Source: Candidatus Eiseniibacteriota bacterium
GTDB lineage: Bacteria; Eisenbacteria; RBG-16-71-46; SZUA-252
NCBI GenBank assembly: GCA_005893165.1
Contig: VBOR01000056.1
Span: 1 to 47,390 of the forward strand
Direction: 5' to 3'
DNA: 47,390 nt
Part shown: in pieces, positions 1 to 10,298 of the stretch
Layout: each line of letters opens with the position of its first letter
How positions within the stretch are numbered: position 1 is the first letter of the stretch
Notes under the pieces: generated by a model
What the model was told of the DNA's origin: nothing
Seen by the model: only the letters and a program-made list of their open reading frames with translations
Database searches by the model: none
Translations under genes and position numbers: made by a program

Positions 1-1071
1 CCGGTTTCCGAAGATCGGCGCCGTGGAATCGGAGGTCTCGATCAGGCCACGCCCGGTCTCTTCCGGCTCCGAAGGAACCGTCCCATCCTCCTCGGACAGG
101 ATCGCGCGCGTTCCCACGAGGGAGACCTGGAACGGCTCGATCGCCGTGAGCACGTCGAACTCGGACCCCAGGGTGGCCCCCTTCGGTCCGCTTCGGACGA
201 AATTCGCGTACGCGCGGGACTCTCCGACCGCGACGACTCGGGACGCGTCCGCGTCGAGGTCGCGGATGAATCGCCCCGATGCGGCGGGCACGACCGCTAG
301 CGCGGTCTGGGTTTCCGTGTCGAAAGGAAGGATGCCCGAGTTCCCCACCGCGACGAAGGCCATCGCGTCCGGCCACGCGAGATCCCCGGCCTGAAGCGTA
401 TTCACCTGAAATTCCCACAGCGACTCCGGCGACGCACCGCTCCGCGCACGATAGAGCGTGAGGATCATGCGAAGCGTGGGCGTGGTGCGGAGGCTCAGGA
501 CCAGGAAGGAATCCGCGCGCGCCTGGATCCGGAGAATGCGCCGGCCGTCCTGGAACGCACGCGCGCCGATCCCGTCCAGCACACCCGGCGCGGACTCGCG
601 GAAGAAGAAAAGGTCCGCGTCGGTCGCTGCCGCGAGCGTGCCGCTCCCGGGAGCGAACGCGCCGTGCTGGATCGTGCCGAGGTGATCGTGACTCCCGATC
701 GCGACGAGATGGGTCGAGTCGCTCAGATCCACGGCGACGATGCCCCGGTCTCCGGCGAAGAGGTAGGCGGTGCTCCCGGAGACGGCGACCTCTTGAACGG
801 TCCCCGCGGTGCGAAACGAGCCGTAGAGGGTATCGCGGACGGCATCGGTGCCGCGGAATTCCAGCCCGTTCCGCGTCGGGATGACGAAGGTGCCTCCCGG
901 CGGCACGGCGTGGACCTGAGCGGCGGATCCGAAGCGTGCCGAAAGCGACGAAGGAACGAGCCGCGTGGCCACGATCTCCGTCGCGGCCCGCGCGGACGGC
1001 GGCATCGTGAGGAGGCAACCCAGGAGCAGGATGAGACCGGGGGTGCGCGGGGAACGGAAGGAACGAATCAT
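1..1071 (-). CDS. Exported beta-propeller-like (LVIVD-repeat-like) protein, 3' end runs off the window
   Basis: Not in the ORF track because there is no stop in the window. Manual translation from ATG 1071 is open to base 1: MIRSFRSPRTPGLILLLGCLLTMPPSARA (signal peptide), then beta repeats such as VQEVAVSGSTAYLFAGDRGIVAVDLSD and MAFVAVGNSGILPFD. Confidence 0.7.
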   Translation of the reverse strand, partial: MIRSFRSPRTPGLILLLGCLLTMPPSARAATEIVATRLVPSSLSARFGSAAQVHAVPPGGTFVIPTRNGLEFRGTDAVRDTLYGSFRTAGTVQEVAVSGSTAYLFAGDRGIVAVDLSDSTHLVAIGSHDHLGTIQHGAFAPGSGTLAAATDADLFFFRESAPGVLDGIGARAFQDGRRILRIQARADSFLVLSLRTTPTLRMILTLYRARSGASPESLWEFQVNTLQAGDLAWPDAMAFVAVGNSGILPFDTETQTALAVVPAASGRFIRDLDADASRVVAVGESRAYANFVRSGPKGATLGSEFDVLTAIEPFQVSLVGTRAILSEEDGTVPSEPEETGRGLIETSDSTAPIFGNR

Positions 1072-1165
1072 CTAGGATGACCGTACCACGGCTCGCGGAG
1101 GAGCCTCAACACGCTTCTCCCCTTTCCGCTTCGCCGCCGCGGCCAATGGTGTAGATTCCGCCCCC

Positions 1166-1777
1166 ATGCTGGAGAAGATCCTCGCCCCCATCACCGCCTT
1201 CATCCTCGCGATCATCTCGAGCTGGGGCTATGCGGGCATCTCCTTCTGCATGACGATCGAGAGCGCGTGCATCCCGCTTCCGAGCGAGATCATCATGCCG
1301 TTCTCCGGATACCTCGTCTCGACGGGTCGATTCACGCTGTGGGGCGTGGCGCTCGCCGGCGCGATCGGGAACGTGCTCGGATCCTGGATCGGGTACGGCC
1401 TCGGTGTCGCCGGAGGCCGGCCGCTCGCGGAGCGGCTCTCCCGGTGGCGGATCCTCCGGATCGGCGAATACGACCGGGCCAACGGCTGGCTCCAGAAGCA
1501 CGGCATCCAGGTCGCGTTCTGGACGCGGCTCCTCCCCATCGTCCGGACGTTCATCTCCTTCCCCGCGGGAGCCGCGCGCGTGCCGCTCGTGCGGTTCACG
1601 CTCTATACCTTTCTGGGCTCGTTCCTCTGGTCGCTCGCGCTCGCGTACGTCGGTGTGGCCTTCGGGGAGCACTGGGAATCGATCCGGGGGGTCTGGCGCG
1701 GGTTCGATGGGGTGGTGCTGGCGGCGCTCCTCGTGCTGTTCCTGCTCTGGCTCCGATCTCACCTCAAGTCCCGGTGA
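1166..1777 (+). CDS. DedA family membrane protein
   Basis: Motifs IESACIPLPSEIIMPFSG and RLLPIVRTFISFPAG; hydrophobic segments. Confidence 0.93.
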   Translation: MLEKILAPITAFILAIISSWGYAGISFCMTIESACIPLPSEIIMPFSGYLVSTGRFTLWGVALAGAIGNVLGSWIGYGLGVAGGRPLAERLSRWRILRIGEYDRANGWLQKHGIQVAFWTRLLPIVRTFISFPAGAARVPLVRFTLYTFLGSFLWSLALAYVGVAFGEHWESIRGVWRGFDGVVLAALLVLFLLWLRSHLKSR

Positions 1778-1795
1778 CGATATGGGGCCGTCGCG

Positions 1796-1824
1796 TTGAC
1801 GGCTCTGGGCGCGGATGGTAGTCT
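1796..1824 (+). promoter_or_regulatory. Sigma70-type promoter of the tRNA pair
   Basis: TTGACG (1796-1801), 17 nt spacer, TAGTCT (1819-1824) with extended TG; 12 nt before tRNA-Gln. Confidence 0.75.
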
Positions 1825-1836
1825 CGTCCTCCTTTC

Positions 1837-1910
1837 TGGGGGATCGTCCAGTGGTAGGACACGTGGCTCTGGACCACGGTACAGGGGTTCGAATCCTCTT
1901 CCCCCAGCCA
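1837..1910 (+). tRNA. tRNA-Gln(CUG)
   Basis: Anticodon arm CGTGG-CT CTG GA-CCACG, T-loop GGTTCGAATCC, encoded CCA. Confidence 0.96.
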
Positions 1911-1945
1911 CATCAAAATCGAGAAATCCTACACCGGATTGAATC

Positions 1946-2020
1946 GGCGCTATCGTCTAGGGGTTAGGACGGGTGGTTCTCAGCCATCAAACCGGGGTTC
2001 GAATCCCCGTAGCGCTACCA
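1946..2020 (+). tRNA. tRNA-Glu(CUC)
   Basis: GGCGCTA/TAGCGCT acceptor stem, anticodon arm GGTGG-TT CTC AG-CCATC, GGTTCGAATCC, CCA end. Confidence 0.96.
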
Positions 2021-2068
2021 TTTTCCCGTGCCGGACCGCGTCACGCCCGCGTGAAAGGAGCTCCTTCC

Positions 2069-4719
2069 ATGCCGTCCCGATCCTTTGCCCGCGCTCTGCG
2101 AAGCACCCTCCTCCTCGCGCTGGCGCTGCCGCTCGCGGTCCCCGCCGCCGCCGCGCCGCCGCGCGAAGGCATGTGGCGGGGATCGAAGAAGGAGTCGGGG
2201 AAAGGGATTCCTTCGAACGTGGAATGGGTGGATTCCCTCGGCGGCATCACGCAGTACCGCCTTCGGTCGAACGGCATGACGATCCTGCTCGCGCGGAATG
2301 CCGCGGCGCCGGTGATCACGTTCGAGGTCGTGTACCACGTCGGATCGCGGAACGAGGCGCCCGGGAACACAGGCTCCGCGCACCTCCTCGAGCACCTTCT
2401 CTTCAACAAGAGCACCCAGAATTTCGGGCGCGCCAACGGACACAAGACGTTTCAGGAAGTGCTCTACGAGGCAGGCTGCGACTACAGCTCCACCAACATG
2501 ACCACGTGGTACGACCGGATGAACGGCTACTCGACACTGCCGGCCGACAAGCTGGAGCTGGCGATGAGGATCGAGGCCGACCGGCTTGGCCGGGCGCTGA
2601 TTCTGGACAAGGAGCGGCAGCCCGAGATGACGGTCGTCCGGAACGAATACGAGATCGGCGAGAACAACCCCTCGGTCGCGCTGAACAAGGCGGTCATCGG
2701 GGCCGCCATCCTGGCGCATCCCTATCACTGGGATACCATCGGATACCGCTCCGACATCGAGGGGGTCTCCACCGAGAAGCTGCGCGAGCACTACAAGAAC
2801 TTCTTCTGGCCTGACAACGCGGAAGCGATCCTGGTCGGCGACTTCGACCCGGCGCGGGCCCTCCGCATCTTCGACCGCGAGTTCGCCGCCTTTCCCCGCT
2901 CGACGAAGCCGATACCTCAAGTCATCACGGTCGAGCCGCCCCAGGAGGGGGAACGGCGCGTCGTGGTCCGGCGTCCGGGCCAGGTCGGGCTGGTGGAGAT
3001 CGCCTACATGAGGCCCAACTCGCTCCATCCCGATTTCATCGCGCTCGACGTGCTCGCCACGATTCTGGGCTCGGGCATCAACTCACGCCTCTATCAGGCG
3101 CTCGTGGAGAAGCAGCTCGCGACCGACATGAGCGCCAGCAACAACACGCTGCGCGATCCGTTTCCCATCCTCATCGACGCCACCGTCGCGCCGGGCGTGA
3201 GCCACCAGAAGGTCGAGGACGCGATGAAGGCGGCGCTCTACGAGGTGGCGAAGAAGGGAGTGACCGAGGAGGAGCTGACCCGCGCGAAGAATCAGGTCGA
3301 GGTCTCGGTCATCCGCTCGCGCGATGGCACGTACGAGCTGGCATCGAGCCTGGGCGAGGCGATCGCGTCGGCGAACTGGAAGTGGTTTCTCACCTACGTG
3401 GACACGATGAAGCGGGTGACCCGGGAGGACGTGCAGCGCGTGGCCGCGACCTACCTGGTTCCGGACCACGCGACGGTCGGGTGGTTCGTACCCATCGAGG
3501 CCGAAGCCAAGAAGCCCCAGAAGAGCGCGGGCGCCGGGGGCTCGACCGAATCCTCGGCGTCGAGCGGCCAGACCGCGGGCGAGCCCGCGCGCGCCACGTT
3601 CGCGCAGCGCACCCTCCACCGCGTGCTCCCGAACGGAACCACATTGGACGTCCTCGCGAACCACGCGATTCCCACGGTGGCGTCAGCATCTCGAGCGACC
3701 TGAACGTCACGACGGTGCAGGGCTCTTCCCTCTCGCGCGACGCGAGGCTCCTTCTCTCGATTCTCGCCGACGAGCTCCGGAATCCCGCCTTCGGCGATTC
3801 CGAGCTCGAGAAAGCGAAGGCGGAGATGAAGACCGACGTTCTCCGCTCCTTCGACAACACGCGCCTGCGCGCGTTCGACCGTCTGGCGCAGGCCGTCTAT
3901 CCCGCCGGCCATCCCTATCACGCGCCCACCAAGGACGAGCGGATGGCCAGTCTGACGGCGGCTCGTCCCGCGGATCTCCGCGCCTTCCACCGGACGCGGT
4001 ACGTGGGATCCGGCATGGTGCTCGCGATCGTCGGAGACGTCGATCCGGAGCGGATCGCGGCGACGGTGGATTCCCTCTTCGGCGGAATCCCGCGAGGGAT
4101 GCCCGCGCGACCGGACCTTCCGCGCACGACCCGGGGCGAGCCCGTGCGCGAGGCCGTCGAGCTCCGGGGAAAGGCCAACATGGATCTCATGTTCGGCGCC
4201 GGAAGCGGCCTCAAGAGACAGGATCCCGACTACGAAGCCTGCCTCGTGGCCAACGCCGCCCTGGGGCAGAGCTCGCTCTCTTCGCGCCTGGGAAAACGAG
4301 TGCGGGACACGGAGGGGCTGACCTATTCCATCTATTCGCGATTCGTGATGACCGATTTCCTGGACGGGATGTGGCTCGCCGACATCGCGGTGGCTCCGAG
4401 CAATCTCACGAAGGCGATGAAATCCTCGCGCGAGGTGATCGAGCAGTACTGCAAGGACGGGATCACCGAGGAGGAGGTCGCGGTCCAGAAGAGCTACTTC
4501 GCGGGCAACTACCAGGTGCAGCTGGCGACCAACGCCGGGATCGCGCAAGCGCTGGCGGTCGCGGAGCAGTACGGCCATGGACCGTCCTATCTCGACGAGT
4601 TTCCGAATCGGGTACGCGCGGTCACGCGCGAGCAGGTGCTGACGGCGATTCGCGCGCACCTCGATCCAACCAAGCTCAGCATCATCGTGGCGGGAGACCT
4701 GGACAAGTTCCCGCAGTAG
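2069..4719 (+). CDS. Exported M16 (pitrilysin/PqqL-like) zinc peptidase, frame broken near 3680
   Basis: AAGGAG RBS, ATG 2069, signal peptide, inverted zinc motif HLLEH. The C-terminal M16 half (VRDTEGLTYSI) continues in another frame (ORF 3382-4719) after an apparent internal deletion. Confidence 0.88.
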
Positions 4720-4789
4720 CGGATCGCACGGTCTCGGGCGTCGCGCGCCGGAGACTGGATCGACGGGGCTTTTGTCGGGCTCTCTCCCT

Positions 4790-7493
4790 CTATTTCACCA
4801 GCGTCATCGTCCTCGTGCGAACCGCGTTCCCCACCGCGAGACGGTAGAAGTAACGCCCGCTCGCGACCTTGAGGCCGCGATCGTTCCTTCCGTTCCACCG
4901 CGCCGTGTACACCCCCGGCCGCTGATTCGCGTCCACGAGCGTGCGCACGAGACGCCCCGACATGTCGAACACGCGCAGCGCGACCCGCCCGCCCGCGCCC
5001 GCGTCGTAGGGAATCACCGTCTCCGGATTGAACGGATTCGGGCGATTCTGATCGAGTCGCGCCGCCCGAGGCGTCGCGGGAGCGTCCACCGCCGTGACCG
5101 ACGGAGTGGAGAGCGCGAAGCGTGTCGGCGGAAATCGTTCCCTCCGAATTCAGGTCGCTGATGAACGTGCCGCCCGTCTGATAGAGGAATCCCTTCATCA
5201 CGCCTCCCAGCCTGCCGTGCGCGATGAGGTCGCAGCTCCCCAGCTCGGCCTCGTGATAGAGAGAATCGAGAAGCGCCACGACACCGGGGCTGTTCTTGCT
5301 CGCGCCCCCGATCGTCAGCTCGCGACCCACCGAGGGACCCGTGCCGGTGTCGAACGAGAGCAGGAAGGCTTCGATCGAGTAACGCGCGTTGGTGTCCGGG
5401 AAGCTGAAGACCGGCGCTCTCAGGAAGTTGACGAGGTTGTCCACCGAGCCGTCGTGGATGAAACCGTAGCCCCTCTTGTTCGATCCGGAGGCCAGCTTGA
5501 ACCCGCCCTTCTGGTACATGTTCCGGAGCTGCGGGACCTTGAAGTCCTGGCTTTCTTGCAAGAGGATGCCGGGGATGATCGTGCCGTTCGTTCCCGTCGG
5601 AAGCGCGTGGCAGAACGCGCACGGCTGTCCGCCGTCGTGCGGACGCGACGTGAACTCGATCCTTCCCTGCTCCGCGAGCGGCGCGAACGTCCGGTCGAGA
5701 TTCTGGTTCGGGTTCGGCGGGTAGGCAACGGTCAGGATGAAGGTGTTGTACTTCTGCATGTCGGCCGCCGAGAGCGTGTCGGGATTCCCCATCAATCCCA
5801 CGAAGGCGGGATTGAAGCGCGTGAAGTCGAGCCGGTCGCCGCGCCAGTGGAACGGAGGGGTGCCGGTGAGCCCGCGAAGCGACTGGGTGGTCATCGGCCC
5901 CTTCATGGGATGAACCTGCGAGGCGAGCTGGAGGCTTGGGACCATCTGTCCCTGGGGATTTCCCAGGTCCCAGGCGATGTTGTCGAAGTCGCCGCCCACG
6001 TGACAGCTGGCGCACGCCAGGTCGCCGTGCGCGGAATTCTGGCCGTTGTAGAGGAACGGCCTTCCCTCCTTCACCTCCGGCGGAGTGGGATCGAATCGCA
6101 AGGGGACCTCTCCGACCTTGGTCTCGGTCGCGGCGTCCAGGATCGCCACGGAGTTGGTGAACCGGTTCAGGACGAAGATCTGGTTCCGCGCCGCATCGAA
6201 GGCAAGGCCGGCAGGTCCCCGGGGCTCGGCGGGACCGATTCCCGCCGGAGAGGGAGCTCCGTCCGTGGCGATGCGATTCGTCACGTTCCCCGAGAGGTCG
6301 ATCACGCCCACCCGGCTGGATCCCATCGCGGCCACGTAGCCCTTCGCGCCCGCCGTGTTCAGGACGATGTCGGTCGGCTCGGCGAGGCTGAGATCCTTCT
6401 CGGACTGAGGGCCGGGGCTGACCGCGTAATTGACGTGCGTGTTCAGGTGCACCGGCGTCACCGGCCCCGCGCCCGCGGCTCCGATCAGCGTGACGCGGTT
6501 TCTCAGGAACTGCCCCCTGAGATTCGGCTCGAACCGGGTCCGGTTGGCCGCGTCGGTGTTCGTCACGTAAAGGGTCGAAGACCCCGGATCGACCGCGATA
6601 TTGAAGGCGCTCGACCCCACGTCCGACACCGTGCGGACCACCGCGCCCGTGCCCGCGTCCAGGACCGCGACGTCGACGTCCGGCATGGTGAACCCGGAGG
6701 GCACCGCGGCGTCCCAGATCTTCGGCGTCGGCTGTCCGTCGTCCACCCAGTGCGTTCCGTTCCACTGCACGATCACCCCCACGTCCGGTGCGGCGGGGAG
6801 CGTGGGATCTTTGGGCGGATTGGGCGGCGACGGCCCTCCTCCCGCGCGCACCTTGGCCGCGCTCACGATCGTGGTCCGGTTCCCGCACTCCTGGACGCTC
6901 ACGAACACCTGCGTTCCTCCCGGCCCGACGGCGAGCGCCCGGGGATGCCTCCCGAAGATGGGGGTCGGGGAGAAGGCGGGTGCTCCGGTGGCCGGATCGA
7001 ACGCCTTCACCTGGTCGAGCCCGCTCACGCACACGAAGGCGCGCGTCGGCGTCCCCGCGAACACGACGCCGGTCGGCTCGTCGCCGACGCGCAAGGTCGC
7101 CTTCACGCTCATGGAGCGGAGGTCGACCACGCTCACGTCGTCGGAGAGATGGTTCACGACCCAGGCCGTCGAGTCGTCCAGCGCCGCCACCGAGACGGGC
7201 TCGAGCCCCACGGGCACTTCCCCGAGGGAGGTCAGGGCGCCCGAGCCGATCGAGAACACCTCGAGCCGCGCATCGGGCAGGTTCAGGGCCAGGAGCTTCG
7301 ATCCGTCCGGGGTCAGCGCGACAGGATGGACCGGCACGGATTCGAAATTCCGGTAGTCCGTGGTCACGGCTACGGAGGAGGCGGATTCGTGCGGATGGAG
7401 CGCGAAGAATACGGCTGGACAGAGAATCGTGGCCGCGAGAACGAGCCACAGGGTGCGGCGCCGGCGCGGGGAGGAGCCGATGCGCTCATCCAT
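4790..7493 (-). CDS. Exported YncE/YVTN beta-propeller + diheme cytochrome c (peroxidase-like) + C-terminal FlgD-Ig/T9SS-like domain, frame broken near 5110
   Basis: VPVGLEPVSVA and VVNHLSDDVSVVD repeats; heme motifs CASCH and CAFCH; HPMKGPMTTQSLRG; PFHWRGDR. The tail LDQNRPNPFNP...VASGRYFYRL lies in a second frame (4790-5089). GGAGG RBS before ATG 7493. Confidence 0.82.
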
Positions 7494-7558
7494 GGGTACA
7501 TCCCTCCGGGATTCAGCTGTGGTTGTTGCAGGAGTTCGAGTTACAGCCATAAGTCACT

Positions 7559-7587
7559 ATTATATCACATGTTGCGGCTCATGGCAA
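7559..7587 (-). promoter_or_regulatory. Near-consensus sigma70 promoter for the propeller/cytochrome gene
   Basis: TTGCCA (7587-7582), 17 nt, TGnTATAAT (7564-7559) in an AT-rich patch. Confidence 0.75.
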
Positions 7588-8774
7588 GGGCCGGTCAGCC
7601 GCTCGAGCGCCGCGGGGTCCTCGTGGCGGCGAAGGTAGGCGCCGTGCGCTTCCCCGAGCAGCGAGCGCATCTCGGAGCGATACCGCTCGCGGCCGAAGCG
7701 GAGCGCGTGGCGGCGAAGCGTGGCCGGGTCGAAGCGGCGACGGGTCACGTCGCGCATCGCCGCCTCCAGCGATGCTTCGGTCGAGTCGGGAAACAGGATC
7801 CCCGTCTCGGGCGAGATCGTCTCGAGCGCGCCGCCTCTCGCGAGCGCGACCGCGGGGCGCCCGCAGGCGAGCGCCTCCAGCGGCGCGATGCCGAAATCCT
7901 CCTCGTGCGCCTGGATCAACGCGCGGCAGCCGCGGTACGCCTCCCGCAGCGCTTCCATCGACACCCACTCCTCGAAACGAACGGTGGGTCCCGCGATCGA
8001 TCGAAGCCTGCGCAAATCCGGACCGGAGCCGATGACCCGGAGCTTCGCCCCCATCCGGTTCGCCGCGCGAATCGTGAGGTCCACGCCCTTGTAGGGGACG
8101 AGCGCCGAGACGGTGAGAAACGGAGCGTCCGGACCGGGCTCGGCACCTCCGGGGGTGAAGAACTCGGTGTCCACGGGGGGATAGACCACGAGCGCCGGAC
8201 GGCGGTAGTGCTTCCGGATCCGGTCCCGGATGTTGAAGGAATTTCCGACGAAGAGGTCCACGCGATCCGAGCTCAAGCGGTCCCAGAGACGGAATCGATG
8301 CGCGACCGACTGCCCCAGCCAGCGCTGGACGGGCCCGGTGCGTTCCGGTGCGAAATACTCGGGGGCCAGATCCCAGAAATAGCGCACGGGGGTGTTGCAG
8401 TAGCACACGTGAAGGGTGTCGGCTCGGGTGATGACCCCCTTCGCCGCGCAGTGGCTGATCGAGACCACGAGGTCGTACCGGCTCAGGTCGAAGGATTCGA
8501 TGGCCTTCGGGTAGGCCGGGACGTACCAGCGGTAGCGCCTTCTCCCCAGGGGGAGCTTCGCGATCCAGGACTCGTGAATGCGGCGTGATTCGATGGTCGC
8601 GGAGAGGCGACCCTTCCAGTGGACGAGGGTGTAGATTTCGGCGGAAGGAAACATCTCGCAGAGCACCTCGAGGCATTTTTCCCCGCCCCGCATGCCGGTG
8701 AGCCAGTCGTGAACCAGCGCGACGCGGAGCGAATCGAAGGGCTTCTGGGAAGGTGCCGGAACCGGCGCGCTCAC
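7560..8774 (-). CDS. Glycosyltransferase family 4
   Basis: RVALVHDWLTGMRGGEK and EEDFGIAPLEALACGRP; the GTG start overlaps the gltX stop (GTGA). Confidence 0.92.
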   Translation of the reverse strand: MSAPVPAPSQKPFDSLRVALVHDWLTGMRGGEKCLEVLCEMFPSAEIYTLVHWKGRLSATIESRRIHESWIAKLPLGRRRYRWYVPAYPKAIESFDLSRYDLVVSISHCAAKGVITRADTLHVCYCNTPVRYFWDLAPEYFAPERTGPVQRWLGQSVAHRFRLWDRLSSDRVDLFVGNSFNIRDRIRKHYRRPALVVYPPVDTEFFTPGGAEPGPDAPFLTVSALVPYKGVDLTIRAANRMGAKLRVIGSGPDLRRLRSIAGPTVRFEEWVSMEALREAYRGCRALIQAHEEDFGIAPLEALACGRPAVALARGGALETISPETGILFPDSTEASLEAAMRDVTRRRFDPATLRRHALRFGRERYRSEMRSLLGEAHGAYLRRHEDPAALERLTGPCHEPQHVI

Positions 8775-10252
8775 GAGGTGCGTGCGGGAGACTCGGCTTC
8801 GAGGCGCTCCGCGGCGTGGCGCAGCCGCTCGACCGTGCGCTCGCGTCCCAGGAGCAGGATGACGTCGAAGATGCCGGGGCTCACCTTCTTCCCCGTCAGG
8901 GCGATGCGCGCGGGCATGATCACCTCCCCCGCCTTCACCCCCTCCGAGGCGGCGAGTCCGCGCGTCGCCTTCTCGATCGGATCGTGCTCGAAGGGCTGCA
9001 CCTCCTCCAGAAGCGACGCGAGCTTCTTCAGCCTCGCGGCGGCGGAGGGCTTGGCCAGAAGCTCCGCCCAGGGCTCGGGCTCCGGCTCGACCCGCTCCAC
9101 GTAGAGATAGGCAGCGTATTCCAGGAACTGGCGGGGCCGCTTCATGCGATCGCCGACCGCCTCGACCGCACGCTCGAGGAAGGCCCGGTCCCGGAGCGCA
9201 GGGCCCTTCAGCGCGCCCGTCGATTCCAGATACGCCGCCACCAGGTCCGCGCGCGTCGAGAGAGGCAGCGCCCGGAAGTACTCGCCGTTCATCCAGTCGA
9301 GCTTCTCGTAGTTGAAGATCGCGGGATTCTTCGAGACGCGGTCCAGGGAGAATACCTGCGTGAGCTCTTCGATCGTGAAGATCTCGCGCTCTCCGTCGTA
9401 CGCCCAGCCGAGGAGCGCCAGGAAATTCACCATCGCCTGAGGCAGGATTCCGTCGTCGCGGAACGCGGTCACCGACACGGCGCCGTGTCGCTTGGAGAGC
9501 CGCGTGCCGTCCGGGCCCAGGATCATCGGAAGGTGGCCGAAGCGCGGCGGCGTGAGCCCCAGCGCCCGGTAGAGCTGGATCTGGCGCGGCGTGTTCGAGA
9601 TGTGATCGTCCCCGCGCAGGACGTGCGTGATCCGCATGGCGTCGTCGTCCACGACGGCGGCGAAATTGTAGGTCGGATGCTGATCGGTCCGGAGGATCAC
9701 CAGATCGTCGAGGGTGCTGTTCTGGAAGGTCACGGTGCCCCGCACCTCGTCCTCCCAGGAGGTCTCCCCTTCCGGAATGAGGAACCGGATCGCGTACGCG
9801 TCCCCCTTCGCGGCGCGGGCGTCCGACTCCTGCTTCGTGAGCCGGAAGCAGGTGCGGTCGTACTTGGGCGGCTCGCCGCGCGCGAGCGCCGCCTCGCGCC
9901 GGTTCTTCAGATCCGCGGGATCGCAGAAGCAGCGGTAGGCCTTCCCTTCGTGAAGAAGGCGCCGCGCCGCCTCGGCGTAGCTCTTCAGCCGCTCGCTCTG
10001 GAAGTACGGACCGTGCGGTCCTCCCGCCTCGGGCCCCTCGTCCCAACGAAGCCCGAGCCAGGAGAGCCCCTCCAGAATCCCGCGGAGCGCGGCCTCGACA
10101 TTTCGGTCCTGGTCGGTGTCCTCGATCCGGAGCACGAACGTCCCGCCGTGCTGCCGCGCGTAGAGGTAGTTGAAGAGCGCGGTGCGCGCTCCACCGACGT
10201 GAAGGTATCCGGTCGGGCTGGGCGCGAACCGCACGCGTACCGGCGAAGTCAT
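8771..10252 (-). CDS. gltX: Glutamate--tRNA ligase
   Basis: VRFAPSPTGYLHVGG, RIEDTD, THVLRGDDH and RLSKR motifs; AAGGA RBS. Confidence 0.97.
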   Translation of the reverse strand: MTSPVRVRFAPSPTGYLHVGGARTALFNYLYARQHGGTFVLRIEDTDQDRNVEAALRGILEGLSWLGLRWDEGPEAGGPHGPYFQSERLKSYAEAARRLLHEGKAYRCFCDPADLKNRREAALARGEPPKYDRTCFRLTKQESDARAAKGDAYAIRFLIPEGETSWEDEVRGTVTFQNSTLDDLVILRTDQHPTYNFAAVVDDDAMRITHVLRGDDHISNTPRQIQLYRALGLTPPRFGHLPMILGPDGTRLSKRHGAVSVTAFRDDGILPQAMVNFLALLGWAYDGEREIFTIEELTQVFSLDRVSKNPAIFNYEKLDWMNGEYFRALPLSTRADLVAAYLESTGALKGPALRDRAFLERAVEAVGDRMKRPRQFLEYAAYLYVERVEPEPEPWAELLAKPSAAARLKKLASLLEEVQPFEHDPIEKATRGLAASEGVKAGEVIMPARIALTGKKVSPGIFDVILLLGRERTVERLRHAAERLEAESPARTS

Positions 10253-10298
10253 CCCTGGTCCTTTCGTGTGATTGCGGAGTCGGATCGAGGCGCGCCGC

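Noticed and set aside
1939-2068. Upstream extensions of ORFs 1939 and 1973
   Set aside because: They overlap tRNA-Glu; the RBS supports ATG 2069.
3701-3703. TGA ending the first M16 half as a possible Sec codon
   Set aside because: Homology continues in a different frame; no Cys-type context.
5094-8588. 1164-aa plus-strand ORF and many similar long antisense or off-frame ORFs (e.g. 23977-25818, 28952-30850, 44975-47017)
   Set aside because: Arg/Gly/Ala-rich shadows of recognisable genes, expected in high-GC DNA.
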